This document shows positions 42,331 to 55,312 of a DNA stretch of 64,000 nucleotides, piece by piece. How positions within the stretch are numbered: the first letter of the stretch is position 1; each line of letters opens with the position of its first letter. The stretch covers positions 465,612 through 529,611 of the forward strand of contig NMRA01000103.1 of the NCBI GenBank assembly GCA_002633005.1, in the 5' to 3' direction. This DNA comes from Phoronis australis (Eukaryota; Animalia; Phoronida). The notes under the pieces are model-generated. The model ran no database searches. It was given only the letters and a program-made list of their open reading frames with translations, and was not told where the DNA came from. A program made the position numbers and the translations under genes.

Positions 42331-43626
42331 CAGACGATTGAAATTTTATTTTGTCATTTTCCCGGGAGAGGTGCTTTTCCATGTCCAACTTGTTGGAAAA
42401 TTGTAGGCATTCAAAGCGGTGGTAGAAGCCCTTGAAAAAATGAAAGAAATATCGTTTTTGCCCAAAAATAGTGAGACTTTAGTGTTTGCGTTTAAGCGCA
42501 TGAATGTCACATTTAATTCGACATTAGTTCAACAAAAAACTATTGTGACAAAATTTTGACTAAATTGCCAAATAATTCTGTCGAAAAATTCAAGCTGTCA
42601 GCATCTTGGACTGGTTTTATTTGAGCTCAGGGCTTAGATTGCATGATTATTGGTCATCTTGTGTCACTCAATATATTTTGAGTGTCGAATGTTGTGATTA
42701 AATTTTGCACTAAGTCAAATAAAGTTCAGTCAGGAAATCAGGGAATTTGACTGTTCTTCAAGTTGTTTTTTTGGCCCATTAAACCTTCATTCTTACTTCT
42801 TCATAGTTTGAAGTGAGTCCATTTTTACCTACGGAAGCAGTATTAAACTTTTAAGTTCTGATTGGTATGAATGACTATGTTTATGTTTACTTAAAACTAA
42901 CAGTTTGGTGTATTACAATTTCTTTATTAACCAATATTTGATGTTCATTTGCATGTTCGTGTCAGTTTTCGATGCATGCGGTCTAAAATTCTGAATTCTA
43001 ATCTCGTTTCAACACCTGGTTTTTCCTGTCGTTCCTAAGTTATCAACTGTCCGACACCAGCATTTCCCTAATGACACTATGCCTACCTAAATCCATAGTA
43101 ACAATGGGTAACAAGGTATAATTATACCTGCAAACAATTAGCACTTATATTAGCTGTCCAATTATCTCTTGGCCGTGGTGATTATCCGTGCACTTCGCTA
43201 TATTTACCTGAGTGATTATGTTGTTCATATCTAGACAGCATGTATGGTTTTACTGGAGCTGGCATACCTCAATCTTGTTGTGTGTGAAACAGCATGTGGC
43301 CCTTCACCTATCACCTTGATTAATTATAGTGGCATTCTCACATCACCGTCTGTAGTCCTCATTCATGGACACGCTTCGTCACATCACAGTTTCTGACTAA
43401 ACCTCGATTCAGCTAGTCACTGCAGAGTCGTGTGGGTTTGTCTGGAGAAACTGTTGGAGGACAGAAGTGGGGTGTCTCTCTTGTTGTGGATTGTTTACTG
43501 TATCAGGTGTTACCTCAAGCTGTCAGTAACCCTGAAGTAACCATGTTTGTGAGAACCTAATCTAAGCCAGGGTGTCATCGTCAGACTGCCTATTTGTAGC
43601 CTTCAGGTACCTGCTGTAAAGACTTG

Positions 43627-43663
43627 ATGGAGACCAGTACCCTGCAACACACGGAAGGAGATG
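43627..43663 (+). other. Candidate alternative first coding exon of LMO (METSTLQHTEGD+G)
   Basis: ATG GAG ACC...GGA GAT G|gtatga is phase 1, compatible with the 55084 exon. It lies at the end of a locally GC-richer stretch with no recognised repeat. Confidence 0.35.
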
Positions 43664-44227
43664 GTATGATCAACATTTTTGTCTGGTGTTTGTTCCAATT
43701 CTCAATGTCAAAACTACATACAGTAAAGTCTCACTAATGTCAACAGGCCTGGTATTTGCAGTTGCGGTCTGCCTCCTCTGGCACAGCCAGTAAATTTTCT
43801 TTCTAATTAATTTTGAAATTGGCAACCATTACAAGAATTAGAAAAATTGGCGATGGGGTTGACTGTTCACGAATTTTGCACACGCCCGTTGTAATGCTTG
43901 ACTGCAGGCATAGGACACTATATATGGACAAAGGAAATTTTGTTTTTTGCTTAAACAATAATGATTAGGTTATGGTAGCCTTTCGCGTTTAGCTATCATT
44001 GGACAATGTTTTCAAAACTAATGAGCATTCTGGTCAAGGGTTACCTGGAAGGTGCCGTTTGTTTCTCATTACACTGACTTACATTTTCAAGTTATTGGGT
44101 ATTTTCTGATTGGACTGAATCCTTAATTGCTGAATTTTTGTTGTTTCACCATTTGATGCATAAGTTGATGTTTCTTGACCATTTTGTCATCATCCATCAT
44201 CTTTGTCATTGTTCTTATTTATTTTCG

Positions 44228-44279
44228 TCATCATCATCATCATCACCATCACCATCATCATCATCATCATCATCATTAC

Positions 44280-44351
<72 letters not shown>

Positions 44352-44358
44352 TATCATT
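44228..44358. repeat. (CAT)n microsatellite, about 43 units
   Basis: Direct reading, with a few CAC/TAC interruptions. Confidence 0.98.
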
Positions 44359-45639
44359 TTTCATTGTTCTTTTAGTGTTTTAAGGTTCCTCTCAGTTTTA
44401 CTTTGGAAAAAAAAACAAAAGAAATAATTTTTCGAGGTTATTGACCCTTCTTGGTAAATGTCTTCTTGTCTTTATTTTAGAAGCATTATCACCATGCACA
44501 CAATTAGCACTGCCAGTAAGACGTGGTAACGATGTGTTTCTGCACCCATGTATGTATACAACTACAGTAAAAACTCTAGTCAAAATCTACAGACACACAT
44601 GGGCTTACAAGTGAGCTTGAAAAGGAATTATAGCAACAAAATACCAACAGAATGTTAATTACACAATAAAACTTTTGTTTATGGCAAAGCTCGGTGAAAG
44701 AAATTTTCAAGTACAGTCAGTAAAATCTCACCAATTTATGACACAATATGACCGACATTTGTTTTCATCTTTAACAAAATATAAGTAGCACCAAATACCA
44801 TTTTTAAGGTCTCTGAGATTGCTACCTTCAGACAATGTTTCTAAGAAAGGAAGACCAATTTTGGCAATTATTTTTGTCCAAGATTGGTGATATTTTGCTG
44901 TATTTTAATTGATTTGTATCAAACATTAGTGACAGTGGGGTTTATATGTGGTTGCCTGTTGCTGATATCCCTCTGACCAACACTTGGGTACTGCAGTATC
45001 TGGTATTTGTCTCTTTGTCATTAGGTTCATATGACTGGAAAAAACGGATTTTCATACAATTTTACAAATAGGCATTTGTTAGCGAAGACGACACTGCCTT
45101 CTCATTTTCAGATGGATTCCACGTATTCGGTGCTACCTGGTGGCGGTTTTTGATGTTTCGAGTTTGGTTTTGGCGTCCATCTTTCTGTCAGCCAAACCAC
45201 TCCAAGGATGATTGTAAACGCTGATATTTTGGGTGTGTGCCTTCCTTGAGAGCCTACAGTGCAGGGTCGAGTTCAGTAGCTGTTTTGCGGCATGCTCTCA
45301 TTGAAAATATGTGGCAATAGAACTTGCTTTCCTAGTGAGCTAAGCTCTAACCTGGCTACATTGTGCTTCTGGGTTAGCCGGAGAGCTGAATGAAGTTCCT
45401 AAAACGGATTTGGTTACATTTTGTGTGATCTCATGAGCTATTTACATATGTACAGTAATTGTATATTATCTTATTTGCTGTACTTTTGGTTGTTGGCAAA
45501 GTTAACTGCGATTTGAACCGGAGAGGTTGTGGTCTTATAGAGAGTGTCATTTTCGAAGATTAAATCTTGGTGTTAGAATGAAAAGTGAGATGCAGTCAAA
45601 TTTTTATTGGAATACGCGAATGAACATTCCTCAATAAAT

Positions 45640-46400
45640 ACTTGACTTGCAACTTGTCTCTTCATTGCAAGAATGGTTATGAAAATTGGTATTTGTGCTC
45701 CTACTGGGAAGAAGACATTTGATGATGATTTTTGGATGACTCTGACTAATGGTGCTTCCTGGTGACAGTTTTATTTTGCGTCAGACTGGCCGTATCTCAT
45801 GAACCCCTTGCCGGAACTTTGTTAAATTTGGCATGTGTATTTCTATGAAAGTAGCAATAGATGGCGATGACTTTCAGATGGATCCAACAACCACTGTGCC
45901 ATAAGTTCTAGTGGTAATTATGTTGTTTACATTTTGTTTTGTATCTTCGTAGTTTCTCGACTGATTTTCATGAAATTTGGCAAATATTAAGGAAACAATG
46001 ACACCTTTTGATTTCCAGATAGGTTTGGCATATTATACACTATCTAGTGCCCATCTCTTTTATTTCCAAGCCAAGTCTTTTTTGACTGCTGTCTCACTAT
46101 CCCACAAACCACTCGAAGGATCATTATGAAAAGTGGCATAAGTGTGTACCTACAGGAAAGAACACAGCTAGCTATTAAGGATAGCACAACGGACGTGGAT
46201 TTTACGACAGAACCAACTATTGCAGTTATATCGTGGCAATTTTTGTTTCTTTGCATTTGCCTTTATATCTACCCTTAGTTTCTTGATAGATATTTACGAA
46301 ATTTGGCAAATAAGTTGCCATTACGTAGTCAGACAACAGCACCGGCCCTTATTGAGATGGATTTGGCATATGTTAAGTATGGTGAGTGCAATATCAACGT
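45640..46400 (+). mobile_element. Degraded Helentron/DINE-like repeat
   Basis: GTATCTC..AACCCCTTGC.GGA...TTCTATGAAA...AGATG.CGA.GA.TTTC block shared with ~54050-54170, plus recurrent GAAATTTGGC. Boundaries are approximate. Confidence 0.45.
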
Positions 46401-46529
46401 TGCACGTTGATGTTTTTTTTCCATTTTTAATGAGTTTATTTGCAGAAACTGAAATTAATAATGGAATACAGTAGAAAAGAAAACAAGCAAAAACACATTC
46501 ACTCTCACATTCGCACATTCCAGCTCTGC

Positions 46530-47060
46530 TTGAACTTATACAAAATGTATAAGGGTTTCAAAAAATCCCAGGAAGTCAAGGGGCAGTTCTCTAGATTTCA
46601 TACTTTTCATGTCTTGACAGTGTCAAATAAAATTGGGTGAAATCTCTGAAGTGCAGGAATACATGGAGACTTCAAACAAGTGTATATAAAGTATTGAGCT
46701 AGCATTAATAGGTGATTCATTTCATAGCCGTGATCTCCAAAGTATGCAAATAGCAAGACACGCTTTTCAACCAGTAACAGGTTATCTCCAACGACGTTTG
46801 AAATCCAAGTTTGTAATTTATTCCAAAAAGAAAGTACGTGCTCACATTTCAAAAACAAGTGATTAAAAGTTTCTACGAGTCCACAAAATGAGCATTTGTC
46901 GTTTTGGACTATTTTCATTTTCTTTAAAAAATATTTTGTGTTACCGGTAACTTTTTTATGATTGTGATAATACTTAAAAACTTTCAAATGAGGTTGGAGC
47001 AACAGTTTAAAAGGCATGATATGAATCTGTTTAATTTACTGGTCAGAAAATAATTGTAAT
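46530..47060 (-). mobile_element. Tx1/L1-clade LINE ORF2 C-terminal fragment (zf-RVT)
   Basis: ...FLKKMKIVQNDKCSFCGLVETFNHLFLKCEHVLSFWNKLQTWI... shows the CxxC-E-T-xH-LF-xC-xxV-xxFW motif typical of Tx1/L1 C-termini. Confidence 0.85.
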
Positions 47061-47335
47061 AAACTGTGTTCTACATCAGAAACTGATGTCTCTCTGGAAA
47101 AACATCTTTTGTCCATCGTGTTGATATTGTTATTTTAATCAACACTTGAAAGTAAAACGGACTTTGTGAATTTAAAAAACTAAAAGCAGAATATTATGTT
47201 GGGTAGAATGGAATTCTCTATTTTTGAAAACAGAAAAACATTAGTCTATTGATAAAGTAATGTTTTGCTTATACTTGTAAACCTTTGTTCAGAGGTGTAG
47301 GAGCCTCGAATTTTGCTATATTTCACTGGTGACAA

Positions 47336-47426
47336 ATGATGCCCATCTTCTCAGCAAAATTCGAAATTTGCCATGAGACATCCCGGCGTAATTCATCTAT
47401 GCTCTCGTTGAACATCATCTCCGTTG
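47336..47426 (+). other. Candidate alternative first coding exon of LMO (MMPIFSAKFEICHETSRRNSSMLSLNIISV+G)
   Basis: In-frame stop shortly before ATGATG, 30 open codons, then G|gtaagt consensus donor in phase 1. Possible acceptor ctttgttcag ending at 47292. Confidence 0.35.
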
Positions 47427-50400
47427 GTAAGTACAGGCTTTGTAAAAATTACTGAATTTTGCAACTTTTCCTTTTGCTAAACTGCTTATGACGGTCGCAA
47501 AGTAGATATTGAGATATTGTTGTCATTGGATTTTGGTTCAAAAACTGAAAGGACCATTATCGTCAAGAAAAGTGTTTTCCTGAGGTTAACTCCTGCAGCC
47601 CCTCGGTCGCAGCCTAATGGTCTGCTGGTCATATTTAACTGGTTCCATCCTTGATTGCAGCAAATAATGTCAAGCTCCTCCAATATAAAATTTGACCATT
47701 TTTGTATGGTTACCACAGTATTGTTCTGCACATTACTAGGTATAGTAATTTGAGCTTGTGCAATGGGCCTTATAGGCAAGCCATATTTTGGAATAAATTG
47801 AGGCTCTGTGAATAATTGCTGACATCTTGTCAACCGTCTGAATCATATCGCCCATTCATTTGTTGGCAAACATGTTGTGTCCCAAGCTGAAGAATTTTTA
47901 CCATACATCCAAACTGAACATTTCAGAGTGTCGTTCAACTTTTCTAGGTGTTTTCTGCCATGTTAACTGTTAAAAAATATCCATTACTGGCAGAAAACTT
48001 AATATGCAAAGCATTGAAAAACATAATGAAACAACTTTTTCAGTTGAGTTTATCTTTCAGTGTTAGTTTTGCTACTCATTTTGCCTTTTTGTCTGGTATT
48101 AAACATAACTTGGTTGCCATGAAAACTTGCAAAATAATCATCTTGTTCACATAGTCAGGAAGGCTTGCATAATCAGCTGATGCCTGAAGTAATAAACAAA
48201 AAATAGCATGCTAATGTTGACCAAAAATACACGTATTCGATATGCTTTAAAGGCATTTGATCTATTCCCGTTTTTAAGCTGACCTGAGGCTTGGTATTGT
48301 CTTGATCATGTATACCTACGGTTGGCGTTGTTCAGTGTTTAGTTTTTTATTACTCCATACATGTTGCCATTATTCCAGCGATTAACATTTCAAAAATCGT
48401 GAATGCTTTTTTGGCAATAGTCGCACATACATGGATTTAGCATTTTTGAGAACCAGTATGCTGCCAGTTATTCTGTGGAGAAAACTGGTTCTCAAAATGT
48501 GGACCGGTTAAGTGGCTGTTATGCTATTAACTATAGGTTTCCTGGGTTGCTCTTGATGCTCTAAAAAACAAGAATTTTGTCAATACACGTAGAAGCTGAA
48601 GGTACAGGCCTGAGACTGTGTTGTATCAAGTAACAGAATACAAACAGTGCACATTTTGGACACTTACGTTCATGTTGGCGTTTGCCAGTTTAATGGCCCA
48701 GTTGATTGCAAGCTGGTTTTTTGTTTGTCTCAAAGTTATGTTTTGTCTTACTAATGAGTCATAATGGTGTTTTGAGGTGATGTGGGGTATTTGAGGCTAT
48801 GCCATTGACTGGACAGAGTTTTGTTCATTTTGTGACATGAAAACTAGACGAAATCTGTCGGAATGGTTAAGCGTGCATCACAGACTAGGTCTTTGTTATG
48901 GGTGTTGTTTTTTAATTAATTTTTCTACATGCAAACCGATAGGTATTAAGGTGATATGGCTCATTTATGTGTTTGATGAATTGGCTTAATAAAAAACTGT
49001 AGCAGTCAGGGTGAAACCTATTAATTATGTCCTCACAGTGGAGGATGGTGACCAGTTTTATGAAACTTGCTTATATGTTCACCTGTGAAATATTAAACTG
49101 TCTCGCTTTTAATGACACGGTTCAATCTCAATGGATCCCATGAACTTAATCTTAACAAATGCAGGTAGGGGAATTGGAAGCCATGCTGTGCAATCAGCAA
49201 TTACTGACTGGGAAATTACAATGTGCGTATTTTTATTAGAAATAATTGGTAGAGGGGAACATGCTGGTTACAAATCTAATAACTATTTCTACTCCCTTTG
49301 ATCGCAGTTTGGCTTGAATTTCATGTCTTCTCTGTCGGGATTTTTACTATAGAATATCACCAGTGTTGGAAAAAATGAAACATTTGGTTTCATTTTCAAA
49401 GGCTCCTGACACTGTTGTGATTACCCAAAATTTCTCAAAACATTGTCTGATGGTAACTATGGTATTAAACTTTAAAATGTAAAAGCTTTTGTTTGATGGT
49501 AGGTTATATATTTTTTGTACACCTGGACCATAATGTATCCTAAATTGGTGATCAACAAGGTTACTACTGAGGGCCACGTTTCATTTCTCCTACTATCTGA
49601 AAAGAGATGTTAACTTGTGGAGATCAAGGTTGAGGGTGTTTATCATCTCAATTTTATTAACTTGAATGTGTGGTAATATTGAACAGCACCTAAGATTTAT
49701 AGACACGCACAAGGGGTAATAAGTCAGTGTTTATCAGGCATTTATTGGCTGAAGACTTGCTATAAACCCTACAGTGTTATGTGGCTTAATTGTCCCATTC
49801 TAGTTAATATCCCTGACTATTTATCTGACAGTCCAAGATGATGCCTGAATTTTTCAGTATGGTGTTGTATCTGGGGATTCAAAGTCCTAATCTACCCCAC
49901 TTCAGGGATTGTGCATGCGGAAACCACAAACCTTTGAGTTGGACCCCTTTACTCCTAAATGTATGCCTGGTTCAAGTTAGAAAGGATTTATTTGTGTGGG
50001 TAGAACTGACAATTAAATTATTGTTGTTGAAGATAGAACTTGGTCAGTTGGTATTTACGGATCCTCCTTTTTGTGCCAAAAGAAACGTGTCTGACAGTCA
50101 TATGGAAATAGTCTGGTTCCAAGACTAAGCACTAGATGGAGCTGCTGCTCTGTGGTTGGTGCTTAGCAGCTTTCATATCTTGTAACATGAAGTTGGTCAA
50201 CGAGGAAACTGTCTTGACTGTCTGTGATGGCTAATTGTACTAAACACTGAGTAGCGAGTTAATTAACTGTTTGAGTGTACTTTACATAGGTATGAGAAAC
50301 TCAGGTACTTATCTGCCTTCGGGTTAGATGGGGGTTACCTGACAAATATAGTTGCTTACTGGCCCTAAAGGCATTTTGATGGTATGAAAACCTGAGCCAG

Positions 50401-51566
50401 TAAAACTACCCATTTCTAGTTTGTGCAGTATATTTAATGTGGTTGCATAGTTCCTCTTTTTTATAAGGCCTGTTTTTCCTCCATTGGTCTTGAGAGTCAA
50501 ACTCTAAGTATTCTTTTGAAAAAAACTGTTGAATTTTAAAAAAATTGATGGTGGGGAGACGTAATTCTACCTTTGGATTACTACCACTATTCACTGCATT
50601 TGAGCTTGCACCAGTTCTTATAAGGGGCAGGAATGAAAGGGGTTTGCAATCAAATCAAAATGCCAAATTAGGAAGAACATGAATCCATGTTATTGTAAAT
50701 GGAAAATGAAGATGTGTCAGCAATAAATGAAATTACTTTTAGAACCAATGGGTAATCAAAAACATTGGAAACCTCATTTGCAAACTTGAAAAACTTCTTA
50801 AAGGATCTTGCTTCAAATAGTTTTCTGGCGCAGTGTTGGGTATAAAATTCCCGAAATGCATAGGAAGAAACACTGTTATTATAACATCTGGGTTGAGTTG
50901 CTTTTAGTGTTGCATTCTATAGCAGGTGACTCAGTCTCGCTCAGAGGACTAACACTTGGTTTAGACTTCAGGCTCGGGGGGGGGGCTTTACTCTTTTGTT
51001 TTCAGCAGTATAAGTAGTAGTAGTAGTAGGTAAACTGAAATATAACAAAAAACTATGTTCAAATTTACACGTCATATAATGAATGCTATACCATATATAT
51101 AACAATTCATTTCTCTGGACAACGCCCAAGAAAATGACAACAGGCAAAGGGCATACATTAATAGCAAGCGTTCAAAACGTTAAATACACTGACAACATGG
51201 AAAAACTAACGAAAGCAAATAAACTAATAACTTTGTACCAAGAAATACGAATACTTATGCCGATATCGTCTCAAATCCAACCAAAATTCCGTTGAAAACA
51301 ACTATGCACAGTAGACGTTTCTCCACCATAATCGTTTGTGAAATGACTGTCATTCGAAAAAAGCGACACGAGAATAAATAGTCAGAGAAAGCGACATCTG
51401 GCACAAGAACTACACAGTAACAAATCTACTTACAAGGCGTACGCCTAAATCAAAATAACATAACATGGCAGTCTGCAGTAACAAGTAGCAATTGACTCCT
51501 TTCTCAGATAATGAATGATTCATGGACAGAGAATAGCAGACAGTTGGGTAAAGCTTAAACATATTG

Positions 51567-53972
51567 CCGTAATCGTTCGGGTTAACGCCCTGGGCGGTTA
51601 AATTGGCGAATCCAAAAAATCAGGGGAGGGCGGTTAAACGAGCAGTGGGCGGTTAAATCGAAAATCCACCTAAAGCAGGGGATGGGCGGTTAACCGAACA
51701 TGGGCGCTTATTTCGCCAGACAACCGCCCTGGGCAGTTAATCTTACCTGGCAATCTAAATCCCGACACGACAATCATACTCGGAACGCGTAGCCCTTTTC
51801 AGAGAGCTTTATCGTCACGTCGCCAAATGACTGTGAAAACTTCATAACAGCGGATGATCCCAACAAAGGTTCTCTTGCCCTCAGATTAGTCATTCACTAT
51901 TAAATTTACAAAATTGCTGACTAATAGCCCCGTGTTGTCTTGCGGTGCGTAGACGTCCAGTGACCACGCAGCCTCCACTAGAATTAAAACTGTTTCAAGA
52001 TGTGACCCTGCTTAAGTGCGCGCGTGCAAGCTTCACGTGTTGCAGAGGTCAGACAAATTTATGGTTACAGTCTCGTACTATATGTAGCTGTCAAGTTCTG
52101 AGTCAGAGAGCAGTTTTCAAATTGGTTGTAATAAAAGTTTGAAAAACTTAGCTCTGGTGGTTTTTTGTGTTTTTGGGATGTTATAGTCGACACTCCGTGA
52201 CTCCATGACATTTTCAGCGTATGGTTCTACGGCTAGCTGTCTTATCTCGACAGCCCGGCATTGCTCTCTTGTAGTTGCGCCAAACATGCTATGCAAAGAA
52301 GTAAGACAAGGATCGGGGGTGGTCGAGCCAGTCGTTGATCAAGAATAAAATTTCAAGCAACTGCATAAATATGTTACAAAATGTCAGAAAACAACAATGT
52401 TTCAATTCATTATTCTAAACGATCACCTTACCAAACTCCGTGGTGAAAAAACATTTATTTTTCATGCAAAATGTCCAGATTATCCTATTTATATCACTTG
52501 TAATATCGCACTGCGGCACTGTTCGGTCCCGCTGTTATCGCGCAATGTCTCAGTCGGCTGACAATCGTGACTTGGAAATGCCGTCAAGTAATATCACGGC
52601 CTCTTTCAATATACATCTCGTTTTTTATGGCCGAAGATAGTGGCGGTATTCAGCACGCACGTAGGGCCTACGTGTGAGTCACCTGTCAATCACATGTTGG
52701 TGTCAAGGTAACATGCACTCCAAAGTGTGGGAACTTGCGCACGTGCACCACTACAAATCAGTCACACATAGCGACAGTCCGAAGTAACAAAAACGGGCTT
52801 GACTATTTACTTTTAAGCTGTTGTTACGAAAGACCCAGTTCTTTACGATATTCCTCCGTTGCCAATGTTCCCCAAAACTGCGATGTCAAGTGTATTCCCA
52901 TATTTCCCGGCTCGATACTCTCTAAGCCCATCCCTGTAACTAGCTGCGTGAATCTCCTACCCACTATCGTCAAGCAGTCTACGTCGTAGATATTTCAGAC
53001 ACGAATGGTAAGAATTTTTGTTCAGGCTGAAAATGGCCAATGTATAAACAAAACTATTCTGGATGGCTAAAAAGGGGATGTGGAAATGATAATTCACACA
53101 GTCACGCTTACATGGGGGCTGACGCAAGAAATAGTGAAGAACAGCCAGCGACATTAGTTAAATCTGCTAACCAGTTTGACCGAGATGCAATAAGCGAAAA
53201 ACAAAATTTGACTAGCCGTTTTTTATTACTTCAAGATCATACACAAACATACATTATTGCCAATGTTTGAATTCAGAAATCGACAGGCAGCAACAAAATC
53301 GGTAACCCAGTATTGAGGCACTTGTACTGTCCCTTCGGTCGCCCCACATCCTTTATAACCGGCAGTTATATTCATCAAAATATTGAGAATTTGACATCTT
53401 TCCGTGAGTTGTGAGATTTGTTCAAAATACGAGAACTTCCCACCTTAATAGAATTTGGAGGGTTGGCAAAACCATTGTCACATTTCTCTGGCCTGATTTT
53501 TTCGAATACATGTTTTATCTAGTGCACTGCAGATGGACACTCAGCGGGCAAAGTCGCTGAAAGCGGAGGTTTTGATGCCGGCGGCGTTCTTAAACTTTGC
53601 AAACATGGGAAGAAAATAAAGTGACAAAAAGGTTCAAGTATTATATTTTGAAGTGAGTTCATGACCCAAGATAATAACTCGTTACCTGTTTTGTAATTCA
53701 GATTGCTAAACCACCGTCTCGGAGTCCCGACGTCGTTGCACTCATTGTGATCATCGATCCGGGAATCGCGCGTTTCCTTAGCACTAGGCGCTAAATCTTC
53801 ATTCTTTAAAAGTCGGGGATGGGCGCTTAACCGAGAGGTGGGCGCTTAACTGGAAATGTTCAAAAATGGCAGGGGGGCGCTTAACCGAGCAGTGGGCGGT
53901 CAAATCGAAAATCCACTTAAAGTCGGGGATGGGCGGTTAACTGAGCATGGGCGTTAACCCGAACGATTACGG
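51567..53972 (-). mobile_element. Non-autonomous Tc2/pogo-like DNA transposon, 2.4 kb, inverted relative to 14531-16336
   Basis: CCGTAATCGTTCGGGTTAACGCCC...GGGCGTTAACCCGAACGATTACGG is a perfect 24-bp TIR, flanked by TG/TA. Homologous to 14531-16336 plus an extra ~650-bp segment (~52816-53468). Confidence 0.92.
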
Positions 53973-53974
53973 TA

Positions 53975-54270
53975 CTTTTTATTCGCCCACATATTTATAT
54001 GCGGTTGCATATTGCTGTCATTTTTGTCCGGCGTCCGGGCATCCGCAGCTGTATCTCCTAAACCCCTTGCAGGATCTTGATGAGATATGGCCGATGTGGT
54101 TCTATGAAACTGACGACAGATGACGACGAATTTCGGACCTCTCTGACTACCAGTGTGCCCCCTAGCGGCAATTTTAGTTTTTTACACTTGCCTCTGTTTC
54201 TTTGTCTGGTTATGACTGAATTCATCTCGTGGTGGGCAATGAATTTTTGTCACAGCTTTTTTAAACTTTG
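53975..54270 (+). mobile_element. 5' part of a Helentron/DINE-like repeat
   Basis: T-run start, imperfect subterminal hairpin, GTCC-type short repeat (gtccggcgtccgggcatccg), and the same internal unit as 10240-10975 and 45640-46400. Confidence 0.5.
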
Positions 54271-55083
54271 TTCTGTTGGAAATGGAAATCAGAACGAAAA
54301 AGTTAACATGCATGTCTTGCTAAGGTAATGCAACGTGATAAGACAGTGTCTTTTTATTTTATCAATATTCTCTACAAAAATATGAATTCAGAAAGTAAGA
54401 CATTTGAGTATTTGCGGTAACATGGTCGACATTCATGAAATCAAAAAAGCATTTGTTAGGTAAACTGATTTTTATGATGAAGAATTACACTAGATTAATT
54501 GAAAAAAATTATCACCGGGGTCCGTTTCATGAAAAGTGATTTAAGACTTTAGACAGATTTCCGGCTTAAGTCTTAAATCCAATCTTCAATGGTAACACCT
54601 GTAAACTTGGTTCCTACAGTATGTTGAAAGCAACTGGTGCCATAAATCACCAAATGTAACGAACTGTTAGGCGTATTGGCTTGTTTTTGTGTACGTCACC
54701 TTGAGAATCACCTTTTAATTCAAACAGCTGCGAATAACACCAGCATGCAATGGTGTTCCTACGGTTATTCAGACGCCTGTTACTGTTATCGGCCTTTTGT
54801 TGTTTGTGCTGGGATTTCGTGGTGACACAACATGGTACAAAAAGACAGCTTCATCTATCATTTGATGGGCTTACATTTGCGTGCTTAAACTCGTGTTTTC
54901 TTATTTTACTTAAGGCTTTGCTAAGACTATCTGGTTAGCCCAATATATCTGAAATAACAAAATTCTGTTGAAGTTGGGCTTTAAGTAACTTTTTATGAAA
55001 CAGAGCCTGTGTTTGGTCCTCTCCGCCATGACAGATGTTAAATGCATTGCTTAGTTCCATCCCTTTGTCTCTCGGCCTTTCAG

Positions 55084-55312
55084 GCGCCATGGAGATTAAG
55101 GCGGCGGAGTCTCTGGTAGCCAGCCCCAGCGAGACGCAGGTCTGTACAGGCTGTAAAAAGAAGATCACAGAGCGCTACCTGTTGAAGGCTCTGGACCAGT
55201 TTTGGCATGAAGACTGCCTGAAGTGTTCCTGCTGTGACTGTCGACTGGGTGAGGTTGGCTCCACGCTTTTCACCAAGGCCAATTTGTTGCTCTGCCGACG
55301 GGACTACCTAAG
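55084..55312 (+). CDS. LMO1/3: LIM-domain-only (LMO1/3, Beadex-like) gene, exon encoding LIM1
   Basis: Polypyrimidine tract and cag acceptor (ctcggcctttcag|GC GCC ATG), with a strong-context ATG at 55089. Translates AMEIKAAESLVASPSETQVCTGCKKKITERYLLKALDQFWHEDCLKCSCCDCRLGEVGSTLFTKANLLLCRRDYLR, closely matching the LMO1/3 LIM1 sequence as I recall it. Donor AG|gtatgt is phase 2 within the Arg codon. Confidence 0.97.

Noticed and set aside
44138-44427. Poly-His, poly-Ser and poly-Ile ORFs
   Set aside because: These are the three frames of a (CAT)n microsatellite.
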